A DNA stretch of 64,000 nt. It comes from Thermoplasmatota archaeon. Its GTDB lineage: Archaea; Thermoplasmatota; Penumbrarchaeia; Penumbrarchaeales; Penumbrarchaeaceae. The stretch lies in assembly GCA_029762535.1 (NCBI GenBank), contig JARVGK010000007.1, positions 1 to 64,000 of the forward strand, read 5' to 3'. Both the position numbers and the translations under genes were made by a program. Below, in pieces: positions 26,601-34,853 of the stretch; the stretch's first letter is position 1, and each line of letters begins with the position of its first letter. The notes below the pieces were generated by a model. That model was given only the letters and a program-made list of their open reading frames with translations. It made no database searches and was not told the origin of the DNA.

Positions 26601-27378
26601 CGGGATAGTAGGCGTTGTCACCGTCCCAATACCAGCCATCGGTATCGTCCTGGTCGTCATAGTACCATTCCGCCCCGCTTCCCCATACTATGCCGTTCAT
26701 TCCATCATAGTATATCACATAAAGCTCCAGCAGATCGGCGTAATCATCGCCAAGGACAGGGGGCGTAACGCTGGTGTCTAACGAGAACTCGTACAGAGGA
26801 TCGCTCGAGGAGTAGGATTCCAATTTGATGGTGATATTATGCACGCCGTTGGGCGAGTTCCCTGCTGAGAGAACATCGTCCATCTGGAGCTTGTACCAAT
26901 CGACCCAATCGCTATTTGCCGGGACCAGGCTGTTGTAATCCAATGTTCCCGAGATCAGCTCGTTCGGGGGTATGATCTTCGACCCGTTAGAGAAATCGCC
27001 GAACGATTGGCTCCTCTCATCATCGGATGCCCTGGTATCCATCATCTGGCCCTCCGTTAACATCGGGGTCTGGAACCTCTTCTCGATGCCCTCTGGGACC
27101 ATATGGTCGGCGTTCAGCAGACCTGTTCTCACCTCATGGTCCTGTGATGCCAGGTTCCATGGGGAATCCTCGATGTCGATGATACGCAGATCTTCTATCA
27201 CATCACGGACATCGGAGGGTTCGATCTTTTCGACCTCCATCTCGCTTTCAACATCCTGCGCGATGATCGCATCATCCCGCTGCGGAGTTCGATCCTCCAT
27301 CCAGGCCCCCGTCGTCCCTGCAGGGACCAACAACAACCCGAAAATGGCGATCGCCAGTAGAATTTTGTTCGCTCTCAT
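23626..27378 (-). CDS. Large surface protein: cadherin-like/Ig repeats, PKD domain, TM and cytoplasmic zinc ribbon
   Basis: Signal peptide MRANKILL; VNDPP/VNSPP repeats; YRWTFSDG PKD; Gly linker; TM; CPSC..CPNC. Start 27378 behind GGAGG. Confidence 0.85.
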   Translation of the reverse strand: MRANKILLAIAIFGLLLVPAGTTGAWMEDRTPQRDDAIIAQDVESEMEVEKIEPSDVRDVIEDLRIIDIEDSPWNLASQDHEVRTGLLNADHMVPEGIEKRFQTPMLTEGQMMDTRASDDERSQSFGDFSNGSKIIPPNELISGTLDYNSLVPANSDWVDWYKLQMDDVLSAGNSPNGVHNITIKLESYSSSDPLYEFSLDTSVTPPVLGDDYADLLELYVIYYDGMNGIVWGSGAEWYYDDQDDTDGWYWDGDNAYYPDENWTMYFRTPIDSYGPEDNDGAANRLTEVGWYYIGISFNFFMSSAQNQRDSFDIDYQFRVDTSKKEDTDPIGNDYGNATVFQPLGQMKSRNRLDSSYNQIDWWSFKGVDEEKLWNMSIEINRTWTVFYANPTATQIWDNWVDILIVWWGDGEDNIWNTPDDGWTGVIVTMSLFISGGGFIDNSFSGWIINNWTGSPNREVYIGLYEQPVHMAVQSGSILGYYFPEHRVWSDYEIKLSISEVAQNIPPKIEGLEVFTKNPANVNMFSDIGGYYGTDFTVEVTYSDEDNDPPKNVWLLIDPFTAYEKKIDIVNSPKNPFATNFAEGVVYKYDVSGDLLKEGNHVILAYAMDKIPTGSIKTAYQSLNFWLNDTLIVWDDDPVMKNQNFVGAPTILEDSEPVGIPLETVNGVFIDPEGVFEGFQIWNETLGDWTDTLDLEEMTLKIEEFSGLGSVVVYPKENRHGSATIKVMGYDLYSFQNHSFKITITEVNDPPMVYYIKIGEEEYEVDNTNPLNPFAVLDSVTVLEDEEFEFQIIAEDTDHEPDRTALRYEYIRSFSGDWDEDPTVGFDSGIVTFTPTNADSQKGLLAMVFNVRDGRDNGEIRLTVSFKVTNVNDPPTITLPPSISPFYLQDQRVQFRVTGSDIDKGDVLAFSVNIESSVGDAEPVLDQLHPDADIKEGRDWGMDANTGDFWFIASDQNIWKNADGTMAKSKEIEFEFAVTDKAGAKATAKRTLIFNDVNSPPEAPKEIYHQIKDEDPDTPGDQGLTVEFWVDAVFDIELDTIQYRWTFSDGGSQTGIRINYTFATEGQKTVQVYAFDGTDESESISKVITVTKPVVDDGNGGGGGGGGSGPIETGGDDNSMLIIIIIVAAVLFILIIAVLLFFVLKKKPAPPAQVYGYDQQQLAAYQMQGLPPAQPGALPPGENMELPPAPADGDQQLGYAEGDVQPEMSAPQAQTDMAQPEEPQGMLCPSCSSPVDPTWFLCPNCKAPLQ

Positions 27379-27457
27379 GTCTTTACCTCCATCTTTGCTC
27401 TTGCAGTTCGGACGATCCTTGCGATCGTCCCTGGACCATAATTCCAGCATCTGCTCG

Positions 27458-27493
27458 TATAAGGTTAGATATAACCCGTATTATAAGGTTAGA
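27458..27493. promoter_or_regulatory. 12-bp direct repeat TATAAGGTTAGA (24-bp period) in a divergent promoter region
   Basis: Exact copies at 27458-27469 and 27482-27493. Confidence 0.55.
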
Positions 27494-27574
27494 CATATCG
27501 GGGTCATCATCTGCGTCAATGCACAATGACCTCTCACAAAGCTTAAGGCTAAAAGGGGCATTGACCGCATCATC

Positions 27575-28360
27575 ATGACCAAGCTGACCTTCCTGGGAAC
27601 AGGAGGCGGCAGGCTGGTGACGCTGACCCAGGAAAGGTCCACCGGAGGAATATACCTTGAGGACGCAAGAAGGATCCACATAGACCCAGGTCCGGGATCC
27701 CTATCCGCACTCAAGAGGAATCATATAGACCCGACGTGGACCGATGCCATAATGATATCGCACTGCCACCCGGACCATTACACCGATGCGGAGATCCTCA
27801 TCGAAGGCATGTCCGTGGGAAGGCGCGGTAGAAGGGGGACGCTCATAGCCCCGCTCTCGGTGATAAGGGGAAAGGGCAGCATAGGCCCTGCCATATCCAG
27901 ATACCACAAGGAGAAGCTCAGATCGGTCAGGACCTTGGGTCCAGGCAACACATTGCGGGTCGGACCTCTCGAGATAACCGGAACCCCATCCACCCACGGC
28001 GACCCCACAGGGATAGGGTTCAAGATCACAACGTCGAACGGTACGATCTCCTACGTATCCGACACCGAGCTCTCGGACGCCGTGATCCAGCCCCATATCG
28101 GATCCAGAATACTCATCCTGCCGGTGACCAGGCCCCTCAGGTCCAGGATCCCGGGGCATCTATCCACGGAGGACGCATCCTTCTTCGCTGAAAAGGTAAG
28201 GCCCGAGATATGCCTGCTCAACCATCTCGGGAGGCGCATGCTCAGGAGCGATCCCGAAATGCAGGCTCGATGGATCGAGGAACACAGCGGTGTGAGAACG
28301 ATAGCCGCCAAGGATGACATGGCCCTGAGGTTCGACCATGAAGGGATCGTATTCCTCTGA
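27575..28360 (+). CDS. MBL-fold metallo-hydrolase (PhnP/RNase Z-like)
   Basis: FLGTGGGR, IDPGPG, SHCHPDH, SDT, GHL. Confidence 0.9.
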   Translation: MTKLTFLGTGGGRLVTLTQERSTGGIYLEDARRIHIDPGPGSLSALKRNHIDPTWTDAIMISHCHPDHYTDAEILIEGMSVGRRGRRGTLIAPLSVIRGKGSIGPAISRYHKEKLRSVRTLGPGNTLRVGPLEITGTPSTHGDPTGIGFKITTSNGTISYVSDTELSDAVIQPHIGSRILILPVTRPLRSRIPGHLSTEDASFFAEKVRPEICLLNHLGRRMLRSDPEMQARWIEEHSGVRTIAAKDDMALRFDHEGIVFL

Positions 28361-28667
28361 AAGGACACAGCGAGTTTTCGCATGGACCGACGCTTCCGTG
28401 GCCCACTTACGAATATGGGCTCACCCCGGTTCGGCGGTCGAGAAACTGGATGGCGTCGACCCATTTCGAAACGCCGTCATCGTCCGCGTAAAGGAGCGGG
28501 CGGCAGATGGCAGAGCGAACGAGGCCATCCTGCGCTTGGTCTCGGAACTGTTCCCCGAAAGCGTAGTTACCCTCGAATCCGGAGGGCGCTCGAGGCTGAA
28601 GGTCCTATCCGTGAGCCCGTGGACAGATGACCTGGGATCGTTCATATCCAGGCTTGGAGCGGGCTGA
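28338..28667 (+). CDS. DUF167/YggU family protein
   Basis: IWAHPGS..VRVKERAADGRANEAI..GGRSRLK. Confidence 0.8.
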   Translation: MKGSYSSERTQRVFAWTDASVAHLRIWAHPGSAVEKLDGVDPFRNAVIVRVKERAADGRANEAILRLVSELFPESVVTLESGGRSRLKVLSVSPWTDDLGSFISRLGAG

Positions 28668-28732
28668 TCTTACAATATTTTTTTCAATTCGACCGAAATC
28701 AATATCATATGGGTTCGATTATCCCGAGCGCT

Positions 28733-29608
28733 ATGAAGCCCGAAAATCTGATAATTGAGGAGGTAAAGAACCACCTTTCTTTCCTGGTAAGGCTCAAGGA
28801 GAGCACGAAGGACCTGGAATCCAGGATCCGTTCCTCGGCATTGTATCTCGCGAGCATTCAGCTCATGGAGAAACACCCGGACATCGATGACTGGAGCGTT
28901 GAGGAGCGCCCGGACGAATCCGTCATACGTGGGATCATGAACGAAAAGCTCAAGGTCCTGGCAAAGGTAAAGACCATGGGGCTTACCGGCAGGGCGGTAA
29001 TGGGCGGCAGACAGGGCGATTCGATCAAAAGAGCGCTGGACCAGATAGTCCATGAGAACGCCCAGGTCAGCTATCTGTTCCTGATAGACTCTTGGACCGC
29101 TCAGATCGTCAGGGAGTCCGTTCAGGAGCCAAAGGTGAGGATACTCTCCCTGATATCGCATATTTCAGCCGTCGAGGAAGGTGATAGAAGGATCGCGGGC
29201 AAGCCTGCCAAACCCGTAAGGACGGAGGCTGATCTGGTAGAGGATGTGATAACCAAGGATGGTTCCATCCCGGAAGATGATGTCATCGTCTCACCCATCT
29301 CGAGGACGTCCTTGAGGCAGGGTTTCATATACATACCCAAGGAGAAGGGGGAGCTCGTATCCGAGGGCCCGATCACGATATGGATCCGCAAGGACGCATC
29401 GCTCGAGTCCCGATGCATGATATCCCAGACGGGAGGCATCAGGATAGGTGGAAATCTTACCAAATGGTTCCGCAGCGCGGGCCTGCAGGAGGGCGACGAG
29501 CTCGTAATGGGCCACAGGTCCGACGGGTCGCTGCTGATGCTCTCCATCAGAAGGAAGTCCCCGATCAGGGGGGATCCCCCGGTCATCGAATCCATGAAGT
29601 GGGATTAA
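28733..29608 (+). CDS. Hypothetical protein; possible degenerate PD-(D/E)XK fold plus B3/AbrB-like C-terminal domain
   Basis: VLAKVKT..YLFLID N-domain; SLRQGFIYIP..GNLTKWFRSAGLQEGDELV C-domain. Fold calls are inference. Confidence 0.55.
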   Translation: MKPENLIIEEVKNHLSFLVRLKESTKDLESRIRSSALYLASIQLMEKHPDIDDWSVEERPDESVIRGIMNEKLKVLAKVKTMGLTGRAVMGGRQGDSIKRALDQIVHENAQVSYLFLIDSWTAQIVRESVQEPKVRILSLISHISAVEEGDRRIAGKPAKPVRTEADLVEDVITKDGSIPEDDVIVSPISRTSLRQGFIYIPKEKGELVSEGPITIWIRKDASLESRCMISQTGGIRIGGNLTKWFRSAGLQEGDELVMGHRSDGSLLMLSIRRKSPIRGDPPVIESMKWD

Positions 29609-29635
29609 ATAGTCACTAGGATAATACCTCCCGGG

Positions 29636-30787
29636 GTGATCTCGATGGAGCAGTTCTCCCGGGACAACAGGGCAAAGCTACGATCGATCGAGACGAAGCT
29701 CAACGAGCTTTCCGCTGATCCCTGGTTCAAGCTCGCGAGCGGTGAGGAACGGGTCTGCGACATCGTCTTTGCAGGGGGCGGGGCCAAAGGCGTCGCCCAT
29801 CTTGGAGCCCTTTGGGCCCTTGACAAACTGGGGGTCAGGTTCAAGCGCCTCGCTGGGAATTCGGTCGGTGCGATCACCGCCGCATTCGTGGCGGCGGGCT
29901 ACGATATAGACGAACTCATAGAGAACCTCTTCAACATGGACTTCATTCAGCTGCGGGATTCCGGATGGAGCGACAGGCTGCCCCGCCTGGCAATGATGGT
30001 CGCAGTCTCCACCTCGTTCGGAATGTACGAAGGGGAGAAGGTCCAGATATGGATCGAGGAGATGATGGCGAAGAAGAGGGCCAACACCTTCGGAAGGCTT
30101 CCCAGGGGGATGGCCGGGATGCTGTCCCCGATCGATGAGGGGGACGGCCACAGGCTGACCGTCATCGCATCGGACATCACCCACGCCCACGAGGTCATAC
30201 TCCCCAGGGACCTCTCGAGCGAGAGGTACGGAAGGCACAACATCAAGTACTTCCCCATCGCCGCAGCGGTCCGCATGTCCATATCGGTTCCCTTCTTCTT
30301 CACGCCTTTCAAGCTGCACAACTCCCTGATCGTCGATGGGGCCTTCGCCTCCAACCTGCCCCTGGAGATCTTCGACCTCGACGACGCATCGAAGGTCAGG
30401 TGGCCCACATTGGGGATCAATCTGACATCGGACCCTTCCCCCCCCCATGAGGTCGATGACCTCCTGAACTTCGGGCTGGCGATATTCGACACCATGCGCC
30501 ACGGCCAGAGCAAGATGTCCGTGATAGATTATCCAACAAGGATGTGCCGATTGATAGATGCAAGGACGGATGAGGTCAAGACACTGGACTTCGGCTTGAA
30601 GAAGGCCCAGAAGGAGAGGCTCTTCATAAACGGAGCAAGGGCGGTCCTCGAGACCCTTCATGGCGACAACGGCAAAGGGATGAGAAGGACCTGGAACTTC
30701 GACAATTACATAAGGCTCAGAAAGCGCTTCAGCTTCCCCTCCGATCCATTCGACCCTTATTTCACAGAGGGGGATTTTGGGGCCTGA
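29636..30787 (+). CDS. Patatin-like phospholipase
   Basis: GGGAKG oxyanion loop, GNSVG nucleophile, AVRMSISVPFFF, DGAFASNLP. Confidence 0.92.
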   Translation: MISMEQFSRDNRAKLRSIETKLNELSADPWFKLASGEERVCDIVFAGGGAKGVAHLGALWALDKLGVRFKRLAGNSVGAITAAFVAAGYDIDELIENLFNMDFIQLRDSGWSDRLPRLAMMVAVSTSFGMYEGEKVQIWIEEMMAKKRANTFGRLPRGMAGMLSPIDEGDGHRLTVIASDITHAHEVILPRDLSSERYGRHNIKYFPIAAAVRMSISVPFFFTPFKLHNSLIVDGAFASNLPLEIFDLDDASKVRWPTLGINLTSDPSPPHEVDDLLNFGLAIFDTMRHGQSKMSVIDYPTRMCRLIDARTDEVKTLDFGLKKAQKERLFINGARAVLETLHGDNGKGMRRTWNFDNYIRLRKRFSFPSDPFDPYFTEGDFGA

Positions 30788-33700
30788 GGAGGCCTCGGCG
30801 GCGGAGGGATGCTGATCGGGGCAGCGGGAGGGTTTCGCACCGGTTCTACTGGCGGAGGCCTGTTGACAACAGGCACCGTGCCGGATCCCCCCACATGGGA
30901 AGGGTGGGGCCTCATATGATTCGGGTGCAATGGCGGCGGTGCGTGGGCACGATGCGATCGATTATGATGGACCAGGGCAACCACCAGCATGGCCAGGGCC
31001 GACAGGACTATCAAGGCGCCTATGACGGCGGCCAGAATGAGGAGAACGGAGGTATCTTCCTCGACGGTGATCGCCATCACGACCTCATCGCTCTCATGGC
31101 CCGCCGAATCCCTGACCATGGCCTTGACCCTGTATGTGCCGGGTCTTCCGTAGACATGCCTGTATATTGGATCGGTGCTCCATTCCGGATCCGTTCCATC
31201 CCCGGGATCTATCCAGTATCCTTTGACGTCTATCCCGTCGGTGGAACCGCTCAGGTCGATGACCACCACCTCACCCGGCCTGGCGCTCTGGGGTGCCTCC
31301 AGGGATGCGGATGGCGGCAGGGAATCGACCGAGAACTCCATCCTCAGTTCCGGACCCTTATTGCCGGCCAGATCGACCGAATAATAGATCAGGGATGCGA
31401 CCCCCTCATCGATGGGGGGTAGTATGCTCCCCGTGTATCTCTGGAATAACGTTTCCCCCTCCCACGAGTAGAAGATCGAGGTGCCTTCACCGCTCCTCAG
31501 CGTTATATGAGGAGGCTCAAGATACCAACCGGTCTGGGCTGGCAGGGTTCGAACGTCAACATCGATCCGGTCGTAGGATGTGTCGACAAGGAACGTCATG
31601 CTGGTCTTAGTCCCGATGTTGCCGGCGGGATCGATGCTGTAGGCCTCGATGAAATGTTTGCCATCGTCCAACCTCAGGGATGCTTGGTATCCCATGAATG
31701 CCGTTCCGTCGAGGCTGTACATGATCGTGGACCCGGGCTCGTCTGCGGAGATCGACACCGTCGGTTTCGTCCGGTAATGACCGTTATCCCCGTCGGGATC
31801 GGAGGGGGATATCGTGAAGGCGGTGGACGGGGGGGTCACATCGTATGCTATCGACAGGACGTTCTCTTCCTCGATGTTGCCGTTCGGATCGAACGAATAA
31901 TAAGAGAACGAGTGCTCGCCCTCCAGAGGGTCCAGTGGGTCCTTGTACTTCGTCCATTCCCCATCGTCCCATCTGTAACGGGTCTCGGCGAACCTGTCAT
32001 CGCACTTTAGCGTGATGGAGAAGGGGCTAGTGTACCAGCCCGCATCGTTAGGGTCCACCCCTCCGGTGAAGAATGATGTTGTAGGGACCACGGTATCGAC
32101 CTTGAGTTCTATTGAGACCTGCTCCCCCCTGTTCCCTGCCTCATCAACGGGGACCAAATACAGGGTATGCTCCCCCTCGATGGCGGTTATGGAACCATCG
32201 CTTATCTCCTTGGCGCCTTTGTCCCACCAGTATTCGACCCACTGAGGGGATCCCGATGACGGGTCCAGGCTTGTCCGTATCACGGGAAGCGTGTTGTAGA
32301 AGCCGTTGAGTCCGTCGGGATCGATCGGGTCTATTGCGTATTCCATGACCGGGGCACTGGGGTCGAACTTGATCCTGAGCGTGCGTATCTGCTCCACGTT
32401 CCCCGAGAGGTCCTCCGACCAGTACTTGAGCAGATTGTCCCCTATCAGAACGGTTATGCCGCCCTTGTAAGAGAGGCGGTTTCCCTCGTTCCACCTGTAG
32501 TATGTGTTCCCCGGCTCGGAACATGTCAGAGAGAGGCCAGGATCGGAGACATACCATCCCGATGACCCATCAGGGACCTGGAGGTCCAGCACCGCGGTGG
32601 TGGTAGGTATGGTATCGTCCATGAGGACGAGGTCCTTGAGGTAGGGCCTGAACCCGAGGGCGGTGACCGTGAGCTTCGCCGCCTGTATCTCATCGATCAC
32701 GAACGGGACCACCGCCCTTCCCTGGGCGTCCGTGAGCAGCGTGGACATCCGGTCCTTGACAGGGGAATAGATGGTCACCGCTGCGTTCTTCACGGGAGCG
32801 CTCGATTGGTCCTTGACCAGAACTGTGAAATTGGTGTAATAGTCCTCGTTGTAGGTGTAGGAAACCGTCAGGGACAGGGGCTTGGCCGTCCATACAGGGG
32901 TCTGGGCCGGACCGAGGAGGTTGTGCTCCATCCAGGCGTTGTATGCCAGCTCCGGCTGGGACGATGAGAAGTACGATCCCCATGCATCGGCGTAGTAGTT
33001 CTTGGCCTCGGCGAAGATCTCCGCCGAGCGGTACTTCCGGTCCGTGGTCTGGGATATCATCCTCAGGACGTCCTCCTGTATTCCCGGGGCTCCGGGATAG
33101 TACGTGTTGTATCCGATACCACCGTAAGTGGTCCTGGAGGCCCCGACATAGGAGATCGCACCTCCCTTTCCGTTCTCGGTGAAGGCCTCCGATATCGATT
33201 CGTGGGATCCGTCGAACCAGTTCGTCTCACAGGACATGGCGGTGATGTACGGCAGACGCGAACCCTGCGAGAGCGCATGGGCCTCGTTCGCGTCGAAAAG
33301 CCATCTGGCCTCGTCCTGGAATCCCTCGGACCAGATCGTCGAGAGCCCATGACCCATATATACGACCACGGAGAACCCGTTGTTGAACCCGGATTTGATG
33401 TTGCTATACGTAAGAGGGGTGGAACCGTAATATCCGTTCGAGTAATAAGGGGACTTATCTGAGTATACCTTGGACATATGCTTGGACCATAGGTAATCGC
33501 ACTGGTCCGCCCCGTCGTAGTAATTATGGGTGTCCGCCCCAAAGAGTCCCGCCCTGCCGCCCCAGAGGTCCTGGGGCGGGTTGGACTCGTAATTGATGAC
33601 CTTCTGCACCCACTGCGTCGTGGCCGATCTCGTCGAGAGGGCGATCCTGCTCACATAGACCTCTGATATGAAATCCTGTATGTCCTGGACCTCGCCCCAG

Positions 33701-34695
33701 TCGGAATTGCCGTTCGCGTTCCATATATCGGGCCCGCTCGACGGGCCACCCAAGCAGGAGAAATATGTGTCCGCCGGCAGGGTCGCAGGCTCTCCAATAT
33801 AGGGATTTAGGTCCTTGACCGTTCGGGTCGGGACCGTGTTCACTTCGCCTACTAGGAGGACGTATTCCAGCCCCGTATCGGAGCCGAAATAGGAATCATG
33901 GACGTACTGCCATAATGACGAGGGGGCATCGAGGGAGGAGTAGGTCGAATCCACAGTGCTGAACGGCAAGAGCGTGGTCATGACGCCTTTTCTCATGTTC
34001 CACTGCCTGTAGGGCTCGAGCTCGTCCATGAGAGATGGATTTGCGACTATGAGCAGACGCGTCCCCTCCTTGAACGAGGGAGGGGCAGAGACCTGCCTGG
34101 AGGGAGGCGATGAAAGGTCCTGCGGCCCCTCCACCACCATGAGCGCCACCCTCTCGTAGTGTATCAACGTATTTGAGGAGGGGTCGTAGTCGAAGGGGCA
34201 TACGGATACGCTCGTGTGATGGTATTGCGTCATATCATCCCAGGAGGACCCCATGTACCTGTAGTTTAGATGGTTGACCGGATATGTCCTGTCCGCGGGA
34301 TAGGACCGCGGTATCAATGATCCCAGCTCGGGGCGGTCCGATGCCCTGAACATGCCGAAACCTCCGATGACGGCGGCGTTCAACTTTATAACCCTGGGAG
34401 ATGAGCGGACCGCCCTTATGTCCTCGACCCTTCCCCTGGTCCTGAGGGGGTGAGAGATGAAGGGCAGGGAAGGCTCCCCCTCGGCAGGGGGATCCAACGC
34501 GACCTCCATGAGTATGACGGAATAACTTGATCCTCCGTGGATCGCCTCGACCACCAGCACGCCGCCCTGTTCGATTTCTATGAAATCGGGTTCTACAGGC
34601 TCCGTATGGGGTTCGGGATCTCCTTCTCCTGAGAATTGTAGGGGTATCGCAAGGAGAAGAAGCGCTAATATCGGGACCATTATCTGAGATCTCAT
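30757..34695 (-). CDS. Peptidase C25 (gingipain-like) surface protein with repeated Ig-like domains, PKD, TM and Pro-rich tail
   Basis: YVLLVG, ADTYFS, EVYVSRI, KVINYE, catalytic YMGHG and MSC, GGAISYVGASR; five 'GWY..P..D..GN' repeats. Start moved to MRSQIMV. Confidence 0.9.
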   Translation of the reverse strand: MRSQIMVPILALLLLAIPLQFSGEGDPEPHTEPVEPDFIEIEQGGVLVVEAIHGGSSYSVILMEVALDPPAEGEPSLPFISHPLRTRGRVEDIRAVRSSPRVIKLNAAVIGGFGMFRASDRPELGSLIPRSYPADRTYPVNHLNYRYMGSSWDDMTQYHHTSVSVCPFDYDPSSNTLIHYERVALMVVEGPQDLSSPPSRQVSAPPSFKEGTRLLIVANPSLMDELEPYRQWNMRKGVMTTLLPFSTVDSTYSSLDAPSSLWQYVHDSYFGSDTGLEYVLLVGEVNTVPTRTVKDLNPYIGEPATLPADTYFSCLGGPSSGPDIWNANGNSDWGEVQDIQDFISEVYVSRIALSTRSATTQWVQKVINYESNPPQDLWGGRAGLFGADTHNYYDGADQCDYLWSKHMSKVYSDKSPYYSNGYYGSTPLTYSNIKSGFNNGFSVVVYMGHGLSTIWSEGFQDEARWLFDANEAHALSQGSRLPYITAMSCETNWFDGSHESISEAFTENGKGGAISYVGASRTTYGGIGYNTYYPGAPGIQEDVLRMISQTTDRKYRSAEIFAEAKNYYADAWGSYFSSSQPELAYNAWMEHNLLGPAQTPVWTAKPLSLTVSYTYNEDYYTNFTVLVKDQSSAPVKNAAVTIYSPVKDRMSTLLTDAQGRAVVPFVIDEIQAAKLTVTALGFRPYLKDLVLMDDTIPTTTAVLDLQVPDGSSGWYVSDPGLSLTCSEPGNTYYRWNEGNRLSYKGGITVLIGDNLLKYWSEDLSGNVEQIRTLRIKFDPSAPVMEYAIDPIDPDGLNGFYNTLPVIRTSLDPSSGSPQWVEYWWDKGAKEISDGSITAIEGEHTLYLVPVDEAGNRGEQVSIELKVDTVVPTTSFFTGGVDPNDAGWYTSPFSITLKCDDRFAETRYRWDDGEWTKYKDPLDPLEGEHSFSYYSFDPNGNIEEENVLSIAYDVTPPSTAFTISPSDPDGDNGHYRTKPTVSISADEPGSTIMYSLDGTAFMGYQASLRLDDGKHFIEAYSIDPAGNIGTKTSMTFLVDTSYDRIDVDVRTLPAQTGWYLEPPHITLRSGEGTSIFYSWEGETLFQRYTGSILPPIDEGVASLIYYSVDLAGNKGPELRMEFSVDSLPPSASLEAPQSARPGEVVVIDLSGSTDGIDVKGYWIDPGDGTDPEWSTDPIYRHVYGRPGTYRVKAMVRDSAGHESDEVVMAITVEEDTSVLLILAAVIGALIVLSALAMLVVALVHHNRSHRAHAPPPLHPNHMRPHPSHVGGSGTVPVVNRPPPVEPVRNPPAAPISIPPPPRPPQAPKSPSVK

Positions 34696-34853
34696 GGCGG
34701 ACCACCGGGAACAGGACGGGGGCATATGATACCGCTTATTAAAAACCGTTGAAGGATATAACGCATTTGGTATGGCTCCCAACACTCGTAGGGGGAAAAG
34801 GGGGAGAAACCCTAAAATCATCATGGACACATCCCCCTAGAGGAAGTCCCCGA

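Noticed and set aside
28709-30787. CBASS call based on patatin
   Set aside because: No CD-NTase or Cap2/Cap3 genes nearby
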